In this document: piece after piece, positions 58,667 through 64,000 of the stretch | Layout: each line of letters starts with the position of its first letter | Numbering within the stretch: the first letter of the stretch is position 1 | Origin: an uncultured Verrucomicrobiae bacterium | Lineage (GTDB): Bacteria; Verrucomicrobiota; Verrucomicrobiia; Chthoniobacterales; UBA10450 | DNA: 64,000 bases | Direction: 5' to 3' | Assembly: GCA_963735805.1 (NCBI GenBank) | Contig: CAVTMK010000004.1 | Span: forward strand, 288,001-352,000 | Program-made: the position numbers and the translations under genes | The notes under the pieces: generated by a model | What the model saw: the letters and a program-made list of their open reading frames with translations, nothing else | Told to the model about the DNA's origin: nothing | Databases searched by the model: none

Positions 58667-61018
58667 CTACTCCCGCAATTCTGCACCAAGGTCGCTTCGC
58701 AACCGCTCGCGAATTTTCGCATGCGCTGCATTCACTTCCTCGCTTGTGAGTGTGCGACTCCGGTCGCGATATGTCAATCGATATGCGACTGACTTTTTTC
58801 CCGGACCGAACAGTTGCTCGGCCTCTTTGCCGACGACGCGATCGAAGAAAGCGACTGTTTCCAGCAAAGCCTCCTTCTGAAGAATTACATCAGATATTTC
58901 TTCGTGACTCAGAGTATCAGGCACAATCATTGCAATGTCGCGCGTGACTGCCGGAAATTTTCCAAGTTCGCGGAAAGTCGCGTAAAGTCCTCGGCTCGTT
59001 TCCGGAAAATCAAGCGATACTTCTGCAACAAAAACCGCACCCGGAGCATCGAGTTTCGAGGAGAGCGCATTGGATAGCTGTCCGGCCATGCCAATCAATT
59101 CATGCTTTGCAAGAATGTCGACAGTAAGGGCCATGTCCCTATTTTTTTGAGGAGCACGCTGAAAAGACAATTTGTCTTTTCTCGTCAATTCAATCGTGCC
59201 CTTCAGGTCGAAAAAATCGAACGGGCGTTTTTCGGTCCGCCAGTGAACTTCACTGCCACGGTTACCCCAAAGCAGAATAGCTATTCGTTTCTTTTCTACG
59301 CCGCCAGGTGGTTCGAAAACCCTGCCTGTTTCAAAGATCGCGAGACCTTTCGCTCCAGCACGAACGTTGTGGTCAAGTACTCCCAACAACCCGGACAACA
59401 AGCTGGGGCGTAGTGCCACATGATCTTCGCTCAGCGGATTGCGTAACTCGATCGCATTTTCCGCAAACGCGAATCTTTTCCTGGGAAGCAACTTCGACGT
59501 GCGCACTTCAGTAAGGCCAGCTGCAACCAGTCGTTCGCGCATTTGTAATTCCAAATCGTGCGCCCGGTCAGCCTTGCTCGACGGCGTGAACCGGCTCTGA
59601 TCCGTTCCCGGGATTCTCTCGACGCCGTAGGCTCTTACGACTTCTTCGATGAGATCGACATCGTGCTGCAAATCTCGCCGGTAACTCGGAACTTTCCATT
59701 GCGTTATCTTGGCCGCGCTAATTTTCTTCAAACCGAATCTGGTTAGAACGTCGTCGACCGTTTTCGGTTTGATAGCGATCCCAACAACGCGATCGCATTT
59801 TTCGTATCGCAATGAAACGTCGGCAGGGTTCACCGGCAGCTTGCCGGAGACGTTGATTTCCTTTGCTGGAATTCCGCCTGCGATCTCCTCGATCAATTCG
59901 GTGGCCCGCTGCGATGCCCGGAGCACCATTTCGGGATCGACGCCGCGCTCGAATCGGTAACTGGCATCGCTCGGTAGATTTAATTCGCGCGCGGTCCTAC
60001 GAATACTCGCCGGCAAAAAATAAGCTGCTTCCAGCAATACATTCTTGGTTGACTCAGTCACGCCGGTTTCTTCTCCGCCCATCACACCGCCGATCCCGAC
60101 CGCGCGCTCCTGGTCGGCCACAACACAATTGTCCGGCTTGAGCGAATAAGTCTTTCCATCGAGTGCGAGAAATTTCTCGCCGTCACGCGCGAGGCGCACG
60201 TTGACGCCGCCATTCAGTTTGTCCGCGTCGAACGCGTGCGTCGGTTGTCCCAGCTCCAGCATCACGAAGTTCGAGATATCGACGATGTTGTTGATGGAGC
60301 GAACCCCAACGCTCTCGATCTTCGCGCGTAACCATTGCGGACTCGGCACCACCATTACGTTGTCGATCTTGCGCACGGAGAAAAACGGACATTCGCGCGT
60401 TGAGGTGATATTCACGCCGGTCTTCTTGACGGGAATTTTCGATTCGCGTGATGTTGACTTAAGATCTTTTGCTGTGAGCGCCGCAATTTCGCGCGCCAAT
60501 CCGAAGTGACTCAGCAAATCGCCACGGTTCGGTGTGATTTCGACATCGAGAATCGTGTCGCTCGGGAAGAGATCCGAGATCGGCGCCCCGATTTTCGCTT
60601 CGGGCGACAGGATCAAAAGACCGCTCGCGTCCGAGCCAAGGCCGAGTTCGGTGGGGCTGCAAAGCATTCCTTCGGATTCGACGCCGCGCAGTTTGCTTTT
60701 GCGAATCTCATTTCCGTTCGGCAGCACTGCGCCCGGCAAGGCCAGCGGAACTTTGTCGCCGACTTTGTAGTTTGTCGCGCCGCAGACGATTTGGCGTGTT
60801 GTGCCGCTACCGTCGGTCACTTCGCAAACTGTAAGCCGATCAGCATTTGGATGTCGCGACGACGCGGCGATTTGCGAAACGATCACCTTGTCGACCTTCG
60901 CTCCGTGCGTCTCGATATTCTTGGTTTCAATGCCGGCCCGAGTCAGCAATTCCGCGATCTCTCCGGGATTTTCCGGAAGATGGACAAATTCACGCAACCA
61001 ATTGACGGAGAATTTCAT
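58667..61018 (-). CDS. pheT: Phenylalanine--tRNA ligase beta subunit
   Basis: WL.EF, HPNADRL, IVCGA.N, RGV.SEGMLCS, TPNRGD, RFERG, FP...RD. Confidence 0.97.
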   Translation of the reverse strand: MKFSVNWLREFVHLPENPGEIAELLTRAGIETKNIETHGAKVDKVIVSQIAASSRHPNADRLTVCEVTDGSGTTRQIVCGATNYKVGDKVPLALPGAVLPNGNEIRKSKLRGVESEGMLCSPTELGLGSDASGLLILSPEAKIGAPISDLFPSDTILDVEITPNRGDLLSHFGLAREIAALTAKDLKSTSRESKIPVKKTGVNITSTRECPFFSVRKIDNVMVVPSPQWLRAKIESVGVRSINNIVDISNFVMLELGQPTHAFDADKLNGGVNVRLARDGEKFLALDGKTYSLKPDNCVVADQERAVGIGGVMGGEETGVTESTKNVLLEAAYFLPASIRRTARELNLPSDASYRFERGVDPEMVLRASQRATELIEEIAGGIPAKEINVSGKLPVNPADVSLRYEKCDRVVGIAIKPKTVDDVLTRFGLKKISAAKITQWKVPSYRRDLQHDVDLIEEVVRAYGVERIPGTDQSRFTPSSKADRAHDLELQMRERLVAAGLTEVRTSKLLPRKRFAFAENAIELRNPLSEDHVALRPSLLSGLLGVLDHNVRAGAKGLAIFETGRVFEPPGGVEKKRIAILLWGNRGSEVHWRTEKRPFDFFDLKGTIELTRKDKLSFQRAPQKNRDMALTVDILAKHELIGMAGQLSNALSSKLDAPGAVFVAEVSLDFPETSRGLYATFRELGKFPAVTRDIAMIVPDTLSHEEISDVILQKEALLETVAFFDRVVGKEAEQLFGPGKKSVAYRLTYRDRSRTLTSEEVNAAHAKIRERLRSDLGAELRE

Positions 61019-62028
61019 GCGAATTGGCGGAGAAACCGCAAATCATTTTGCGCGAAGAAGCGGATGTCGGGAATGTCGAACAGAATCATCGCCAGGCGAT
61101 CCATGCCAAGGCCGAACGCGTAGCCGCTCCACTTTTCGGGATCGTAAGCTTTGTCACCGCGCGCTTTGTTGACTGCTTCGAAAACGGCTGGATGTACCAC
61201 GCCCGAGCCTGCGACTTCGATCCAGCGCTCGCCACCTTTGAGTGCTTTCGATTTCACATAAACCTCGAGACTCGGCTCGGTGAACGGGAAGAAGTGCGGA
61301 CGAAATTGCACTTCGGTTCCCGAACCGAAAAGTTCGCGCATGAAAAACTCGAGAGCGCCTTTCAAATCGGCGACGCTAACGTTTTCATCGACATAAAGTC
61401 CTTCGATCTGGTGAAACTGCGGGCTGTGGGTGGCGTCGAGTTCATCGCGACGATAGGCAGCACCTGGAGCAATGACACGAATCGGCGGAGGCGCGGCTTG
61501 CATCGTTCGAATTTGGACGGTGGAAGTGTGCGTTCGAAGCAAACGTCCGTCCGGCAAATAAAATGTGTCCTGCTCGTTTCGCGCAGGATGTTCCGGCGGC
61601 GTGTTCAGCGCATCGAAACAATGCCATTCGTCTTCAATGTCCGGGCCATCCGCGAGAGCGAAACCCATTCGCCGAAAAATTTCGATAGAACGTTCCCACA
61701 TTTGTGTGAGCGGGTGCAGCGCGCCGATTTCGTGGCGCGTTCCCGGCAGCGAGATGTCGATTCTGGCAAGCGCGTCCGATTCTTTTTCAGAGCGGAATTG
61801 CGCGTTGCGGGTTTCGATCGCGGCGGTGACGGTATTGCGAACCTCGTTGAGGAGTTTGCCAATGACTGGCTTTTCTGCCTTCGCGAGCGTTTTCATCTGT
61901 TCGCCCCAGGCAGATACGCTGCCGCTTTTGCCGAGATATTTTACGCGCGCCGCCTCAAGCGCCTGTTCGTCAGCCGTAGCTTCGATTTCGCGCAAGGCGT
62001 CGTCACGGAGCTGTTCGAGTGGATGCAT
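61015..62028 (-). CDS. pheS: Phenylalanine--tRNA ligase alpha subunit
   Basis: HPAR..QDTFY, LLRTHTS.VQ, DATHSPQFHQIEG, FPFTEPS, G.AFG.G.DR. Confidence 0.97.
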   Translation of the reverse strand: MHPLEQLRDDALREIEATADEQALEAARVKYLGKSGSVSAWGEQMKTLAKAEKPVIGKLLNEVRNTVTAAIETRNAQFRSEKESDALARIDISLPGTRHEIGALHPLTQMWERSIEIFRRMGFALADGPDIEDEWHCFDALNTPPEHPARNEQDTFYLPDGRLLRTHTSTVQIRTMQAAPPPIRVIAPGAAYRRDELDATHSPQFHQIEGLYVDENVSVADLKGALEFFMRELFGSGTEVQFRPHFFPFTEPSLEVYVKSKALKGGERWIEVAGSGVVHPAVFEAVNKARGDKAYDPEKWSGYAFGLGMDRLAMILFDIPDIRFFAQNDLRFLRQFA

Positions 62029-62110
62029 GAGACGTGGAAGCGTTAAAGAGGTTAAGCGTCGAAGCGAATCCGCTGCAACGCATCAACAGTTCATCGCTTC
62101 TACGGCAGGG

Positions 62111-62488
62111 TCACGCCGCCTTCTTGTTTTTCTTTTCCAGGGCGCTCTTTGCCTGATCGACCACCGACTGGAATGCGGCTTGATCCGTAACGGCCAGCTC
62201 TGCGAGAATTTTCCGGTCGAGGCCGATGCCTGCGGCTTTCAATCCTTCTGCAAGCCGGCTGTAGGTCATTCCGTTGGCACGCGCAGCTGCGTTCAGGCGT
62301 TGAATCCAGAGATAACGAAACGTGCGTTTGCGCGTTTTGCGATCGCGATACGCCCAATACTGGCCTTTCATGATCGCGTCTTTCGCGTAGCGGAAAAGTT
62401 TTGAACGGCGCCCGCGGTAACCCTTCGCTTTCTTTAAGACTCGTTTGCGTCGCGCCCGACTGGCGGGCGCGTTAGTAGCTCTTGGCAT
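62111..62488 (-). CDS. rplT: 50S ribosomal protein L20 (bL20)
   Basis: R.K.VLK.AKGY.G.RS, AYRDRK.RKR.FR.LWI.R.NAA, LDRK.LA.LA. Confidence 0.98.
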   Translation of the reverse strand: MPRATNAPASRARRKRVLKKAKGYRGRRSKLFRYAKDAIMKGQYWAYRDRKTRKRTFRYLWIQRLNAAARANGMTYSRLAEGLKAAGIGLDRKILAELAVTDQAAFQSVVDQAKSALEKKNKKAA

Positions 62489-62496
62489 TGTTATTT

Positions 62497-62663
62497 CCCC
62501 AAATCACTTCGGGGTTCCTCGTTCAGCAAGCTGTTTGTTCCAATTGTCGATCTTCGCGACCTCACTCGCTGATACGGTCCCGTCGCCCGGAACCAGGTGC
62601 GCAGATCGTCACGACGCGGCAGCGTCGGGAGACGAACAATAGGTAGTGAGTCGAGAATGACAA
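62497..62663 (-). promoter_or_regulatory. Promoter plus structured 5' leader of rplT-pheST
   Basis: TTGTCA-16-TATTGT, several hairpins, last one CCCCGAA-GTGA-TTTGGGG over the RBS. Confidence 0.55.
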
Positions 62664-62691
62664 CTGCTTTCTGTAGAGGCGACCGCTAAGA

Positions 62692-62756
62692 GCGTTGAAC
62701 CTTGAAGTGTTAAACGGGCCGGTTACGTAACGCTTTAACGCTTCAACGTTTTAGTG
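62692..62756. repeat. Inverted pair of GTTRAA-type tandem arrays
   Basis: gcgttgaa ccttgaag tgttaaac ... gtaacgct ttaacgct tcaacgtt ttag. Confidence 0.7.
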
Positions 62757-62771
62757 CTAAATTCGGCCCGC

Positions 62772-64000
62772 ATGCACTGGCTCGGGCGTCATCGTCTCCT
62801 GGTCCTCGCTTTGATTTGCATTTCTTGGACGGGCTTGATCGTTTCCGGTCATTTTTTTCCGGGCGTGCCATTTATTTCGGCGCCGTGGCGCGGTGAACAG
62901 AGCTTTGAGGACTTCCTTCGGCGTGAAGGCCGGAAGACGCCGGCACCGTCCGACTTTGTTTTTCTGGGGATCGATCAAAGCACATTGCAGTTGCCACCGC
63001 TGACCGCTGAAGAGATTGCGAGCAACCGCGCCTTTCAGCTTATGACCGAGAAGCCGTTCCCGTGGTCGCGGGAAGTCTGGGCGCTTTTGCTCGATCGTTT
63101 GTTCGCGGCGGGTGCGCGTCTGGTGATATTCGATATGATCTTTAGTCCGCCCAACGACGGGGATACAGCCTTTCACTCTGCGCTTGATCGTTACCGTGAT
63201 GAGGTTGTGATCGGCGCAAATTTCGACATGGCGAATACAGCTCAAGCCGTCACGCCGAACAATACGCTGATTCCACCGCCCCAATTGCAGGATAATCGCG
63301 TCGGGTTCGTCAATTTCTGGACCGATCCAATCGACGGAAAGATTCGCGCTGTAACTTACCGCGTGACCGACCGGCAACTCGCCGATCTACCGCCCGACTC
63401 GACCGAAGAAGTCTATCAATCCCTTTCGGCCCGTGCACTCGCCAAGATCGGTCACGCGAATGATGTGCCGCAGGATTTTCGTGGTCACATGATTCGCTTC
63501 ACGTCGCCGGATGCGTTTGCGCCTCGTCCGCTATACGAAGTTTTCGATCCAAAGTTTTGGCGTGCTAATTACGCCGACGGCTCATTTTTTAAGAACAAAA
63601 TTGTGATGGTGGGATCGTCAGCACAGGTCGAGCACGATTTCGTCGATACGCCCATGAGCCCGACCACGCTAGGTCCGGCGCTGCATCTGCAGGCAATGGC
63701 TGCGGCGATGAACCATGAATTTTTGCGCCAGACCCCGGCAAAGACTGGCCTTGTCCTTGTCGGCGCGGCGGGGTTGGTGGCGTGGTCGCTGGTCGCCTTT
63801 TTGCGTCGGCCGTTACTTTGTCTTGGTACGCTGGTTGTGCTTACAGGCGCGTATCTTGGTTCGGCACGACTTCTCTACGATAAGACAGGGCTTCTTCTCC
63901 TCACTGTTCCCGTGCTTTCGGCCCTGGTGTTAAGCGGATTATTTTCGCTCGGGTTGGAGTACGCACTCGAATGGCGTGAGAGGGTACGCACCAGGCGCAC
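62772..64000 (+). CDS. CHASE2-domain sensor, probably adenylate/guanylate cyclase (partial, runs off the window)
   Basis: Not in the ORF track because it has no stop; translated segments give FLGID, FPWSREVWA.LLD.L..AGAR.V.FD..F, C-terminal TM helices, then ERVRTRR. Confidence 0.85.
   Translation, partial: MHWLGRHRLLVLALICISWTGLIVSGHFFPGVPFISAPWRGEQSFEDFLRREGRKTPAPSDFVFLGIDQSTLQLPPLTAEEIASNRAFQLMTEKPFPWSREVWALLLDRLFAAGARLVIFDMIFSPPNDGDTAFHSALDRYRDEVVIGANFDMANTAQAVTPNNTLIPPPQLQDNRVGFVNFWTDPIDGKIRAVTYRVTDRQLADLPPDSTEEVYQSLSARALAKIGHANDVPQDFRGHMIRFTSPDAFAPRPLYEVFDPKFWRANYADGSFFKNKIVMVGSSAQVEHDFVDTPMSPTTLGPALHLQAMAAAMNHEFLRQTPAKTGLVLVGAAGLVAWSLVAFLRRPLLCLGTLVVLTGAYLGSARLLYDKTGLLLLTVPVLSALVLSGLFSLGLEYALEWRERVRTRR

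Noticed and set aside
61024..62404. Long plus-strand ORFs (340 aa and 279 aa) opposite pheS/rplT
   Set aside because: Antisense shadows of conserved genes with no recognisable motifs; the same applies to most short overlapping ORFs in the track.
62810..62860. Suspected frameshift near the start of the CHASE2 gene
   Set aside because: Codon-by-codon reading from ATG 62772 stays in frame through this region.
62757..63377. 206-aa minus-strand ORF
   Set aside because: Antisense to the CHASE2 gene, which the track missed because it has no stop in the window.

Overview
Gene-dense bacterial chromosomal window, most likely Verrucomicrobiota (Chthoniobacterales/Ca. Udaeobacter-like). The taxon is inferred from a PVC-restricted Minf_1886-type gene, Porin_5-type porins and the repeat content, not from a database search. 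Most genes are housekeeping: uvrC, hisS-aspS, ogg, tonB/exbB/exbD-def, thiG, thrC, secG, mazG, ccsA, mlaEFD, iaaA, lhr, carA, rplT-pheS-pheT and a 6S RNA. I saw no tRNA, rRNA, CRISPR array, transposase, integrase or prophage genes. Five things stand out. (1) Several families of short palindromic repeats occur between genes and also in-frame inside three DNA-repair proteins (UvrC, Ogg, Lhr); they supply start/stop codons to other genes, and an inverted pair brackets a Tat-exported aminotransferase gene. (2) A CHAD/CYTH/phosphoesterase/twin-porin cluster has 11-bp-periodic Pho-box-like promoters. (3) rplT lacks the usual infC-rpmI partners and has a structured leader. (4) A very large GH81 glucanase is split by one extra base. 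(5) UvrC lacks the cysteine (Fe-S) motif. All family calls come from motif recognition by eye.
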